A stretch of 64,000 nucleotides of DNA, taken from assembly GCA_964106915.2 (NCBI GenBank), contig OZ066922.1, one strand, 5' to 3'. This DNA is from Podarcis gaigeae (Eukaryota). Shown one piece after another: positions 12,922-22,918 of the stretch. The notes under the pieces were generated by a model that was not told where the DNA came from, did no database searches, and saw only the letters and a program-made list of their open reading frames with translations. The first letter of the stretch is position 1. Every line of letters starts with the position of its first letter. Both the position numbers and the translations under genes were made by a program.

Positions 12922-15900
12922 CTAATGAAAACAGTGTTGCCCATATCAGAATGTGCCATTCCATCAGCAAGTGGTGAATCGTCATGTTAACTTCTACGTA
13001 ATCTCTGAAAGGGCTGAGTGACAACCATGATTGGGAGGGGTGGGTGGGAGAGGAAAACCCTAGTATTTTCAAAATGACCCCCAGGAAAACCTTTTGGAGG
13101 GTATGGGGGAAGTGCATTGAGGAAGGAATAGAAGCTGGTCTCTCTTTTTTCTTTCCCATGCCCTGCTAGTTCTGTCATAACAATTCAACAGCATAATCCT
13201 TCTTTCAGCAACAACACACCTATGAAATATATAAGGGAAACGAAAATATAGATTTGCAGAGAGGTGCAAATTATAGGTCCGTGCTGCTATGAAAGCATGC
13301 TGCTCAATCTACACACCGTGAAAAGTGACATTAATGATTTATGTAATCACCAGAGACTAGAATTAAATAGCCCTGTTAAAAGTGTTCTAGGGTTTAGAAC
13401 CCAGAGTGTGCTTTCAGTATTAAGACTTGTATGAAAGTGTGCCATGGATCCAAAACACTGAACTTGTGACTACTGCTGACATTTTACTTTAAAACAAACT
13501 ATTTTAAAGAGCTGGGGAGAGGGTTAAATGATGTATTAACAGAAGTCAAAAGCATCACATAGTTTGATGGACAAGACTGGNNNNNNNNNNNNNNNNNNNN
13601 NNNNNNNNNNNNNNNNNNNNNNNNNNNNNNNNNNNNNNNNNNNNNNNNNNNNNNNNNNNNNNNNNNNNNNNNNNNNNNNNNNNNNNNNNNNNNNNNNNNN
13701 NNNNNNNNNNNNNNNNNNNNNNNNNNNNNNNNNNNNNNNNNNNNNNNNNNNNNNNNNNNNNNNNNNNNNNNNNNNNNNNNNNNNNNNNNNNNNNNNNNNN
13801 NNNNNNNNNNNNNNNNNNNNNNNNNNNNNNNNNNNNNNNNNNNNNNNNNNNNNNNNNNNNNNNNNNNNNNNNNNNNNNNNNNNNNNNNNNNNNNNNNNAC
13901 CAGTAGATGGCATACATGTTTTATTTCTAAAGTAAAGAATAGGAAGTGCAACCTTACACAACATATTCTTGAAAGCTTTGAACCTATGCACTATGTTGCT
14001 GAGCCTACAACACAGGCTTACAACACAGTAGTTTGTTGTTTATGTTGCATTCCAGTAAAGCTAAAAAGAGTGTGACTGGACCAAAGCTTGTATTTTTATT
14101 TTTAAATCAGCCTTAGCATAAATTCTGTCCTCATTATGCTGGAGACAGTGCTGTGCTAAGGATAGGCATTCTAGCCAGGCTAGAAGGGTATTTTAAGACA
14201 GAAAGGAAATCAATGATCATTGCATCATATTGATTCAAGAATTACTTAGCAGTATTTGGAAGCAAGTAATTTATTCTTTCACACCTACCTAGTTAAACTG
14301 CTGTGGTGGGGCTGTTCTGACTGACTGATTCACCCCAGAGCCCAACGCTAATCTGAGGGGAATTATCCTTTTGTATTCGAGCTTGTGTATAGGAGAAGCG
14401 TTTTGTTTTTTTATTGTCTCTGTAGTTTTCTGAGGTGAAATATTTGTCAGCTTACACTGGGGTGACTAAAAATAAAATAGGCTATACTGCTACAATGCAC
14501 ATTTACCTGGGAGCTAGTCTGATTAAATTTACTGAGGCTTACTTCTGAGTAGAAATGCACAGGATGAAATTCTTAACTTTAGTAACAATTCACATGTTAT
14601 TAAGTGCATGGTTACATCCTTGTATGATGAAGTTAACCTACCATTTTCATGTTGTAAGCTGTTTTGATAAGTTAACTCACATGGAAAAACTGGAAGATGC
14701 GACATCAAAATGCCGAAGTAAGTCTGGGGCAGGTGAGAACCTAACTTAGCATTTTCTCCAAAATGGAAAGTTTTGATTTTGGCTCTTGTTGACACTTAGC
14801 CTCTGGCAGAGACAGAGCATCTCCATTTGCTAATGTAAATTCGTACAATGTTCTCATCCTTTTTCTTAAGTGTTTAGCTTTGGAAACAAACTGAAAAGTC
14901 CCATGCAATATTTACAAGCTATCAGGAAGTATAGTCATCTCACAAAAACATTCTTCACATTTATGAACCTTATACAATCTCATGGATTTTTTTTTATAAA
15001 ATTGAGTATGTATACAATAATGAATTAATTAACTGAAGAAATAAAATTCTATGTATCCATTTATGAAAGGATTATTATAGTATTTAGAGTACAACATTGG
15101 CTGTAGGAAACCATCTTGTAATAATTTTGTATTCAACTAGCCGTTGAGATTCACTGGGAGTTCAAGGATTGCAAACAATGGAAACTTTATTGAAATTGCT
15201 GTATTAAAACGAATGGGATAAAACTCATTTTACAATTATTTAGGTTGATATCCTATACTTACCTACTTGAGAGTAAGTCCCAGTGACTTCATGTGTGCTT
15301 ACCTCTGAGTAGACATGTACTGGCTTGCACTACACACTATTTTCATTTTATTGATTCAATATATGTGCACATTGATTTTCAAGAGGAAAAATGTAGTTTA
15401 TAAATCTCTTATCAAACATACAAGGATCTCCACAAGAGGCACAAAGCGGCCACACTCTACAGACAAACTGAAGTCTCCCACAACACCCTTTTAGAAACAA
15501 TTGTGTGATGCAATGTTCTGACAAGGAAGGCATCTAACAGGTGAAACCTCTTCCCTGCTCTTTGTTTGTTGTCACCTTCTGCTGGAAGCTGTGACTCCCA
15601 TGGACTAGTGAATGTATATCTCAGCTCCCCAAAGAAAATTAAAGAGCCACTTCAAGCAGAGACTACACTCTGCCCAAACACTGGGGGACGGACAGACCCA
15701 ATGCTGCCTCCATAGAGTCCTTTCCCAAAGAACTTTCCAGATTTTGCTCTTTGCTCTTCTCAAAGCTTAGGGGCTCTGGGATATGCCACCCAGCTATAGG
15801 GGCACTTACCTAAAAGCTTACTTTCCCCAAGTACTCAAAAGATGCCAACATTTGATTTTTAAAATCTGGTACCTGGGCAGGGTCAGGAGACTGTTGTATT

Positions 15901-16015
15901 GTTATTTGATCAGAAGGCAGGGCAGTAGCAGAAGCTGTCTCTGACTGATGCTGATGCTTCTGGCTGATGCTGGAAAACATTGTGAACTGAGCCTACACTT
16001 GAAGGGATGTGTGTA

Positions 16016-16087
<72 letters not shown>

Positions 16088-16402
16088 GCCATAGCTGACT
16101 TTAACATTCTAGTACCTTAATTTGTGTACATGGGTTATACAGTTCAAGAATGCACCATACATGAAAATGCAGGTGCTGATCGTTACTGGATAAAGAATCC
16201 AGTTTTAGGGTGGGTGGGTTTTAAGCTGGCAATCAGCAGACACTTCCGCTTTTCACACAATATATTTTAGCAACTAGCACAAAGGAATTGCTTTAAAGAA
16301 AAACACACACAACAAAAATAGTGAACTCAGACTTTTTTCTGGTTTGTTGGCAACCCTGTTCTCCCAGATATCCACAGTTTGTACACATACTGAATTTTTG
16401 CA

Positions 16403-16595
16403 TCATAAGAACACAAGTGCCTGGCTGGATCAGACCAGGGGCCTGTCTAATCCAGCTTCCTATCCCTCATAGTGACTAACCACATGCCTGTGGGGAACCC
16501 CCAAACAGGACACGAGGGAAAGAGCCTTCTCCTGATGTTGCTCCCCAGTGACTGGTTGCATTCAGAGAGATTCTGCTACTGTCTCTGGAGGTATC
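16403..16595 (-). mobile_element. CR1-type 3' end relic
   Basis: cataagaac..gctggatcagacca.gg.c..tcta.tccagc motif. Confidence 0.55.
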
Positions 16596-17120
16596 CTCCA
16601 AACTCAGCATTTTATTCTGATTTGCCATTAACTTCAAAGTATTGCCTTGGTGGAGCCCAATTTACATTTATATTAGGAAATCATATCCTAAAATAGTTTT
16701 ATCTATATAGCATGTTCTCTGTTCAAACATATTGTTACCCTCAGCCATCTTGACTAATTTTTAAAAAAACCAAGCACAAGTAACGAGCACTACTGTTAGA
16801 GCTCCCTCCAGTACCCATTATAAAACGTGCATTATTCAAGTTGTAGAGGAAGAATTTTAATCTGTCAGCTTCGAGTTTCTGAAAGTCAAACTTTCACTGA
16901 AATGAAAACACTGCTTAAATGTGAACAATAGGAAAAACTGTGGGGTTTTTTGCCTTTAATTCTCAAGTTCTCAATCTGGAGTATTATTGCTATAATTAAA
17001 ATTGTTTTTGTTAACAAGATGTTTTGGAAATATGCTGCATAGCAGTGGCTTTTGCAGTTCTTGAAGGCAACAGAACATGCACGTACAGGTCTTGGGAACA
17101 TGCCATTTGTGTTTCAAATA

Positions 17121-17362
17121 CAGTGGTACCTTGGGTTAAGTACTTAATTCGTTCTGGAGGTCCGTTCTTAACCTGAAACTGTTCTTAACCTGAAGCACCA
17201 CTTTAGCTAATGGGGCCTCCCACTGCCGCCGCACTGCCAGAGCACGATTTCTGTTCTCATCCTGAAGCAAAGTTCTTAACCTGAAGCACTATTTCTAGGT
17301 TAGCGGAGTCTGTAACCTGAATCATATATAACCTGAAGCATATGTAACCCGAGGTACCACTG
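17121..17362 (+). mobile_element. Tc1/mariner (pogo/Tigger-like) MITE, family A
   Basis: TIR cagtggtacct..ggtta / taacc..aggtaccactg; TA on both sides. Confidence 0.9.
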
Positions 17363-17830
17363 TACGTTAAGTGACTTTAGCCCTAAGTTACCATAAGTAT
17401 TCTAGACCCTTTCTGCATTGATGCTCAAATTATTTTCACTGGGGGAAGAGTTTACATTCTGAATGGCAACCGTCCTCTGAAGACCCAGGCAGACCAGTGG
17501 GTGTCTCTTGTCTGTCTCAGGTGTTCCCTGCAGGCTTGCATGGGTGAGACAGCTGCCAAATATTGCCATGTCCACCATTGCTGCTTGTCTGAATGCAAAG
17601 ATGGGCAGGCTGGAAGGAGGACACAGTGACGGCTGGGAGCTCCCATCATGAAAACAATCTCTTTCACGCAAGCCTGCAGAGACCACCTGCAGCAGCTAGT
17701 CACCTGCTGGTCTGCCTGCGTCTTTCTCTTCACAGTAGGGTATCTTAGAAAGAGGATGTAAATATTGATTTAAAGCTTAAAAACAATGCCTCACTTGAAG
17801 GCACTTGAATAAATGCACTTCAAAACCTAT

Positions 17831-18227
17831 TGTGATGGGATAATGAGCTGCTTGTGCGTAAAAGCTTGATCCCGCTGGGGTTTGGCCGGTCATCCAAACC
17901 CAGGCACTAACGGAGCCCCCAAAAGCATGACTCCGTCAGTCGCTGGTAGAATCTGACAGTGGGCGTCTACGGAACTTACGCCAACATAAAAGCTGTTTGA
18001 CGGACATGCGCTTTCGTGACTCTCTGCGTGACAGTTTCCGGCGAAGGGAGGGAATTCCTAAAGGGGGTCTAGTTACCTCTTCACTATTCTCACTAGAAGC
18101 GTCTGAGAGCCTCCCCTCCGCTGTAACTCCTGCACTCCCCCTGCTGGTTCCTGCTTCTGCTGCAGAGTCTCTCCTACTCTGCTGGAGCCTGTCCAGCACC
18201 TCTAACTCCGATGGCAGTTCCCTGACA
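17831..18227 (-). repeat. 3' LTR (397 bp)
   Basis: Direct repeat of 22919-23315; preceded by cctat; adjacent to the polypurine tract. Confidence 0.97.
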
Positions 18228-21200
18228 TCCACCTCCCCCCCAGGCCCCCCTTCACCCCCTCCCGCCTCCTCTCCCACTGGCGGTGAGGGCGGAAAGCCCC
18301 TGAAAGAGCAATCCTCGTCATCAGAGGATTCAAACACTTCTAGCCACGGCGTCCCATCTCTCTCCCCGTCTTCTTCTTCTTCGTCGGAGGCAGCTTCCTC
18401 ACCCACCCCTGACTCTGGGAACCCTTCAAACTCTCCCTCCTCATCGGTGGTCCCAAAGTGTTCCCTTCTAAATCGTGCCACGGGTTGCGGTTTTCTTGGG
18501 AAACGCTGATGAAATGTTTCTATTAAGATCTCGTCATTCACTACCTCTGCTGGCACCCAAGTGTTTTCCGACTCTACTTCCCCCTCCCATTCTACCAGAT
18601 ATTCCACCTGATTCCCCTTCCACCTGGAATCAATGATTCCTGCCACGTTCATGTCGCGCTCTCTCTCTTCTATCACGAGCGTTTGGGTGGCCTCTCTCTC
18701 ACGCTCCCCCCACTCACGTCCCTCTCGGTACGGCGACAGTAATGACCTGTGAAATACTGGGTGTAATTTCATGTGACTGGGCAGTCTGAGTTTGAATGCT
18801 ACTGGGTTGACCTGCTGTATGACCTCAAAGGGTCCCAATTTCTTGGGTCTCAATTTCTTACTCCCACCCTTGAACGGTAGTCCTTGGGTGGACAACCACA
18901 CTCGGTCTCCCACCCTTATGATTTCACCTTCCCTCCTATTTCTGTCTGCTTGCTTCTTATATTCTTCCTTGGCTCTCTCTAAGTTAAGTTGAAGCTGACG
19001 GTGGATCGCTTCCATCTCTTCAAAAAAATGTTCCGCTGCCGGCACGCTCCATCTCTCCCCCCCCTCTCCTGGGAATGCCCGGGGATGGCACCCATAGTTT
19101 GCCAGGAAAGGACTCATCCCTGTGGACACATTCTCCGCGTTGTTGTAGGCAAATTCGGCCAGCGGTAGCTTATCTACCCAATCATTTTCTCTGTCCTTTA
19201 CATAACACCTCAGGTATTGTTGCAAAATGCCGTTTGCCCTTTCCGCTTGCCCATTAGTTTCTGGGTGTCGGGCAGTGGAGAAATTGAGTTCTACTTGCAG
19301 TAAGCTCATAAGTTTCCTCCAGAACCTGGAAGTAAATTGTTTGCCTCTGTCACTGACCACCCTCAAGGGGGCGCCATGCAACCTGAAAATATGCTCTACA
19401 AACAACTTGGCGGTCTCCTCCGCTGTAACCGCATGTGAACAGGCTATAAAATGACACATTTTGGTTAATAGATCTACCACCACCATAACAGCTGTTTTGC
19501 CTTTGGATTTTGGCAGGTCCGTCATAAAATCTATGGATACTGCCTCCCAAGGCCTTTCTGGCGTGGGTAAGGGTTGTAATAGCCCCGCTGGCGCCACCCT
19601 CTCTCCTTTTGCTCGCTGACACCTGTCGCAACCCCTAACATATTCCCGCACGTCCTCCCTCACCTTGGGCCACCAAAACTCCCTGGTAACCAACCACATG
19701 GTTTTGTGCTGTCCAAAATGTCCCGCTGTGGGGCTGTCATGCAACTGCTTGAGTACTCTGCCCCTCAGTTCCCCATCTGGTATGTACAGTGCCCCTTTGT
19801 AATACAACGCCCCGTTCTTTTCTTCAAATCCCCCTGTGTTCTCTTCTGTCCTCCTGAGTTCTCTGAGTTTCTCTTGGGCGTATTCATCGTTCTCCGTACC
19901 TTCCATCAGTTCCCTTTGCCCCACCAATGCCGCCCCACACACCCAGCGGTCTTCGGAGATTACATGCCTTGCCTCAGGCGCTCCCTCCCCCTCTAAGTAC
20001 TCAGGTTTCCTGGAAAGGGCATCCGCTCTCACGTTCTCTGAACCTGGCACGTAACGAATCTCAAAGTGGAATTTGGAGAACTCCTGGGCCCATCGCACTT
20101 GTCTCTGGTTCAGGACACGGGCTGTTCTCCAATATTCCAGATTTTTGTGGTCAGTTCGGACTTGAACCTTGTGTTGCGCCCCAATCAGCAAGTGCCGCCA
20201 TTTCCGAAATGCTTCATGAATGGCGAGCAGTTCTCTGTCGTACACTGTGTAGTTCCTCTCGGATTTGTTCAATTTCCGCGAAAAGAATGCACACGGTCTC
20301 CATTCCGACGTATCCTTTCCCGGCTGGAGAAGCACGGCCCCCACTGCTCGGTCTGACGCGTCAGTCTCCACTCTCATTGGTTGTTGTAGATCCACGTGCA
20401 GAAGCTGTTCTTCCGACGCAAACGCCTGCTTTAGGCGTTCGAACGCCCGCTGCGCTTCTTCCGTCCAAACAAATTTCTTTTTGCTACTAAGACAATCTGT
20501 GATGGGCGCGGTCAAATGGGCAAAGTTTTTGATGAACTTCCTATAGAAGTTTCCGAACCCCAGGAACCTTTGCACGTCCTTCTTGGTCTTTGGTGTTTTC
20601 CATTCCAGTACCGCTTGAACCTTGCTGGGATCCATGGCCAATCCCTTGTCAGACAACCGGTACCCCAGGAATTCCACCTCCCTAGTATGAAACTGACACT
20701 TCTCCAGTTTCACCCACAGCCGGTTTTCTCGCAGTTTGCTCAGTACCTCTCTTACATCTCGCACATGCTGCTCCTCATTCTCTGAGTACACCAGGACGTC
20801 ATCTAAGAACGCTACGCAGTTCTTGTAGAGCAATGGCCCCAGGACGTGATTCATGAATGATTGAAAACAGGCGGAGCCTCCTTGTAATCCGAAAGGCATA
20901 ACGAGGTACTCAAACGCCCCCAAGGGGGTGAACATAGTGGTCTTCCACTCATCCCCCTTCCTCACACGTATCAAGTTATATGCCCCCCTAAGGTCCAGCT
21001 TGGTAAAAATCTTCCCTTTTCTCACCTGTGTCAGAATGTCATCAATTCTAGGCATAGGGAAAGTCACTGGTTCTGACACTGCATTCAGGGACCTGAAATC
21101 ACACACAAGTCTGGGCTTGCCCGTGTGTTTTTTGTCCACAAAGAACACTGGACTGCCCCCCACCGCTCGTGACTCTCTGATGAAACCTCTCTTGAGATTC

Positions 21201-21862
21201 TTGTCAATGAACTCCCTTAACTCCTGCATCTCACTGTCTGACATTGCATACAGCTTCCCCACTGGCAATTGTGCTCCTGGGAGTAAGGTAATTTGACAGT
21301 CAAAGGGTCTGTGCGGGGGCAATTTATCCGCTTCCTTTTCGCTGAATACGTCAATCAAGTCAGCGTATTGTGGTGGCACCTTCCCCTTGTCCATCACTTC
21401 CACCCCTGCTAGAGTGGTCCTGCTGCCTGCCTGGGCCTCTCCCTCCTTGCAGTGTTCTAGGCAATGTGCTGATCCAAAGGAAACCACGCGCTGATGCCAG
21501 CCTACTAGCGGATCATGTAGTGCCAGCCAGCTCATTCCCAAGATAATAGGGGCTCCTCCCAGGGTGGCTACGTTAAACGCTATCAGTTCTGTGTGCCGTG
21601 CCACCCTCATTATCATTGGTACAGTCTGTTGGCTCACTTCTCCTCCCAACAGCTCCCTCCCATCAATCGTGGTAACCTGCAAAGGCTTACTTAATGGGAT
21701 AGTCTGTATCTGGTGCTCAGCTGCAAACTCCTTACTCATGAAATTACATGAGCTACCTGAGTCCAATAGCGCTCTTATCTTTAGTGGGTGTCCGTTTGCC
21801 AGTTCCAGCAACACCTCTATCACAAGTGCTGGTCTTGGGGGTTCCGGCGTGGGCACATTCAC
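17936..21862 (-). CDS. pol: Pol polyprotein (protease, RT, RNase H, integrase, GPY/F, chromodomain, acidic/basic tail); probably expressed as Gag-Pol by -1 frameshift
   Basis: Protease LLDSGS (21755-21763); RT MPFGL and FLDD (20798-20809); RNase H TDASD/RELLA/TDHKNL/ADALSR; integrase HHCC and D-D-E (SIDF, SDRG, QAER); LGPFEV; YLVEW..NTW chromodomain. No ATG start; the frame is open upstream to 21931 and is -1 relative to gag. Confidence 0.97.
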   Translation of the reverse strand: MNVPTPEPPRPALVIEVLLELANGHPLKIRALLDSGSSCNFMSKEFAAEHQIQTIPLSKPLQVTTIDGRELLGGEVSQQTVPMIMRVARHTELIAFNVATLGGAPIILGMSWLALHDPLVGWHQRVVSFGSAHCLEHCKEGEAQAGSRTTLAGVEVMDKGKVPPQYADLIDVFSEKEADKLPPHRPFDCQITLLPGAQLPVGKLYAMSDSEMQELREFIDKNLKRGFIRESRAVGGSPVFFVDKKHTGKPRLVCDFRSLNAVSEPVTFPMPRIDDILTQVRKGKIFTKLDLRGAYNLIRVRKGDEWKTTMFTPLGAFEYLVMPFGLQGGSACFQSFMNHVLGPLLYKNCVAFLDDVLVYSENEEQHVRDVREVLSKLRENRLWVKLEKCQFHTREVEFLGYRLSDKGLAMDPSKVQAVLEWKTPKTKKDVQRFLGFGNFYRKFIKNFAHLTAPITDCLSSKKKFVWTEEAQRAFERLKQAFASEEQLLHVDLQQPMRVETDASDRAVGAVLLQPGKDTSEWRPCAFFSRKLNKSERNYTVYDRELLAIHEAFRKWRHLLIGAQHKVQVRTDHKNLEYWRTARVLNQRQVRWAQEFSKFHFEIRYVPGSENVRADALSRKPEYLEGEGAPEARHVISEDRWVCGAALVGQRELMEGTENDEYAQEKLRELRRTEENTGGFEEKNGALYYKGALYIPDGELRGRVLKQLHDSPTAGHFGQHKTMWLVTREFWWPKVREDVREYVRGCDRCQRAKGERVAPAGLLQPLPTPERPWEAVSIDFMTDLPKSKGKTAVMVVVDLLTKMCHFIACSHAVTAEETAKLFVEHIFRLHGAPLRVVSDRGKQFTSRFWRKLMSLLQVELNFSTARHPETNGQAERANGILQQYLRCYVKDRENDWVDKLPLAEFAYNNAENVSTGMSPFLANYGCHPRAFPGEGGERWSVPAAEHFFEEMEAIHRQLQLNLERAKEEYKKQADRNRREGEIIRVGDRVWLSTQGLPFKGGSKKLRPKKLGPFEVIQQVNPVAFKLRLPSHMKLHPVFHRSLLSPYREGREWGEREREATQTLVIEERERDMNVAGIIDSRWKGNQVEYLVEWEGEVESENTWVPAEVVNDEILIETFHQRFPRKPQPVARFRREHFGTTDEEGEFEGFPESGVGEEAASDEEEEDGERDGTPWLEVFESSDDEDCSFRGFPPSPPVGEEAGGGEGGPGGEVDVRELPSELEVLDRLQQSRRDSAAEAGTSRGSAGVTAEGRLSDASSENSEEVTRPPLGIPSLRRKLSRRESRKRMSVKQLLCWRKFRRRPLSDSTSD
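18228..18241 (-). other. Polypurine tract (plus-strand primer)
   Basis: GGGGGGGAGGTGGA immediately before the TG of the 3' LTR on the minus strand. Confidence 0.85.
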
Positions 21863-21919
21863 TACTCCCTGGCCTGGCTGCTGTGCCCTGATGTTGGCAA
21901 CCAGGCGTTGGCTTTTACT
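21851..21919 (-). promoter_or_regulatory. gag-pol -1 frameshift signal with H-type pseudoknot
   Basis: S1 GCCTGGTTGC/GCAGCCAGGC (10 bp, one GU) and S2 GGGCACA/TGTGCCC (7 bp), 6 nt downstream of A_GTA_AAA, within the gag/pol overlap. Confidence 0.7.
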
Positions 21920-22872
21920 TGCTCCTTCATTTCATCCTCCTCCTTCCCCCCAACAGTTCCTGCCATCCCTTGCCATTCCTTCCTTTGCGGACAGACTCTG
22001 GCAAAGTGACCTGGCTGTTGGCAGAGATAGCATCTCTTGCCGCTCTTTCCCTCCTTCTTCCGCCCTTCACTGGTGTTTGAAACTGTGCGCGCGCGCGCTG
22101 CTCCAAGTTCCATCGGCTCTGCTGGCGGGAAAGGCTGCTCCGGAATCTCTGGAATGCGGAAGTCCTTCCAACGTTCCCCCTTTCCTTCCCGCTTTTCCAA
22201 AGCTCTAGCCTCCTGGCGTGCTCCTATGGACAGCGCTGATTTAGTCAGCTGGTCCATAGACTCCGCCCTAGGCGCCCGGGAAAGTTCATCTTTCACTGCC
22301 GGAGAGAGACCTTCTTCAAATAGCATTTGAATAGGTTCACTAGCAAGGTTCCACCCCAGTCTATGAATCAGCATGGTGAACTCAGTCCAGTACTCACGTA
22401 CAGATCGGCTCCCCTGTTTACAAGCCATCAACTCCCTGCGCACCATCCCCTGCTCAATCTCGCTGGAAAACATCAAGTCCATGGCGCGAAAAAACTTCAT
22501 TGTGTCCTTTAAGATTTCATTATTGGCTGCCATCAGGGGGCGAACCCAGTCCCTCGCCCCTCCCTCTAGATGGCCAATCACGTACGCCACTCTAGAGTTC
22601 TCATCGGGGAAGTCATCAAACAGTAGATTGAGAGCATATTGCATCTCTGTTCTAAAGGCTTGATAGTTCCTGGGATTCCCCCCAAATTTCTGCACCAATC
22701 CAGGCACCCTTCTGGCAAGTGGGGTGGTTTTCCCCTTATCTGCATCTTGAGCCCTCCTCTCCTCCAGCCTCGCCGTTTGCAGTGCGAGCTGGACCTCCAA
22801 CGCCCTGTACCTTTCTTCCAGGCTTGGATCTGCTCCAGCTCCAGCTGCCCCGGTTCCTGCTGGTTCACTCAT
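21862..22872 (-). CDS. gag: Gag (336 aa from the first ATG): N-terminal coiled coil, retrotransposon capsid, CCHC zinc knuckle
   Basis: The ORF track starts at GTG 22890; the first ATG is 22872. Motifs KFGGNP, KQGSRSVREY, EPMELG and CYLCQQPGHFARVC (CX2CX4HX4C), as in Sushi/PEG10-like Gags. Confidence 0.95.
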   Translation of the reverse strand: MSEPAGTGAAGAGADPSLEERYRALEVQLALQTARLEERRAQDADKGKTTPLARRVPGLVQKFGGNPRNYQAFRTEMQYALNLLFDDFPDENSRVAYVIGHLEGGARDWVRPLMAANNEILKDTMKFFRAMDLMFSSEIEQGMVRRELMACKQGSRSVREYWTEFTMLIHRLGWNLASEPIQMLFEEGLSPAVKDELSRAPRAESMDQLTKSALSIGARQEARALEKREGKGERWKDFRIPEIPEQPFPPAEPMELGAARARTVSNTSEGRKKEGKSGKRCYLCQQPGHFARVCPQRKEWQGMAGTVGGKEEDEMKEQVKANAWLPTSGHSSQARE

Positions 22873-22905
22873 GATGCCCTCTGCTTGCACAAACAGCTTT
22901 CGGAG

Positions 22906-22916
22906 ACTGTCAGATT
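22906..22916 (-). other. Self-priming type primer-binding site
   Basis: AATCTGACAGT lies 2 nt after the 5' LTR, has no TGG start, and is perfectly complementary to LTR 23038-23048. Confidence 0.75.
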
Positions 22917-22918
22917 GC

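Larger units (their letters stand above)
7923..13899. other. Assembly gaps at 7923-8220, 8409-8608, 9583-9723 and 13581-13899
   Basis: Runs of N. Confidence 0.99.
8609..14090 (+). repeat. Tandem duplication copy 2
   Basis: Matches 2997-8408; separated from it by an exactly 200-N gap (8409-8608). Confidence 0.95.

Noticed and set aside
7841-13991. Long ORFs containing X runs
   Set aside because: Artefacts of N gaps.
14670-14740. Donor-like GTAAGT/GTGAG sites
   Set aside because: No convincing acceptor or recognisable peptide.
17936-18490. env-like gene downstream of integrase
   Set aside because: No separate ORF, signal peptide or transmembrane segment; the tail is in frame with pol and hydrophilic.
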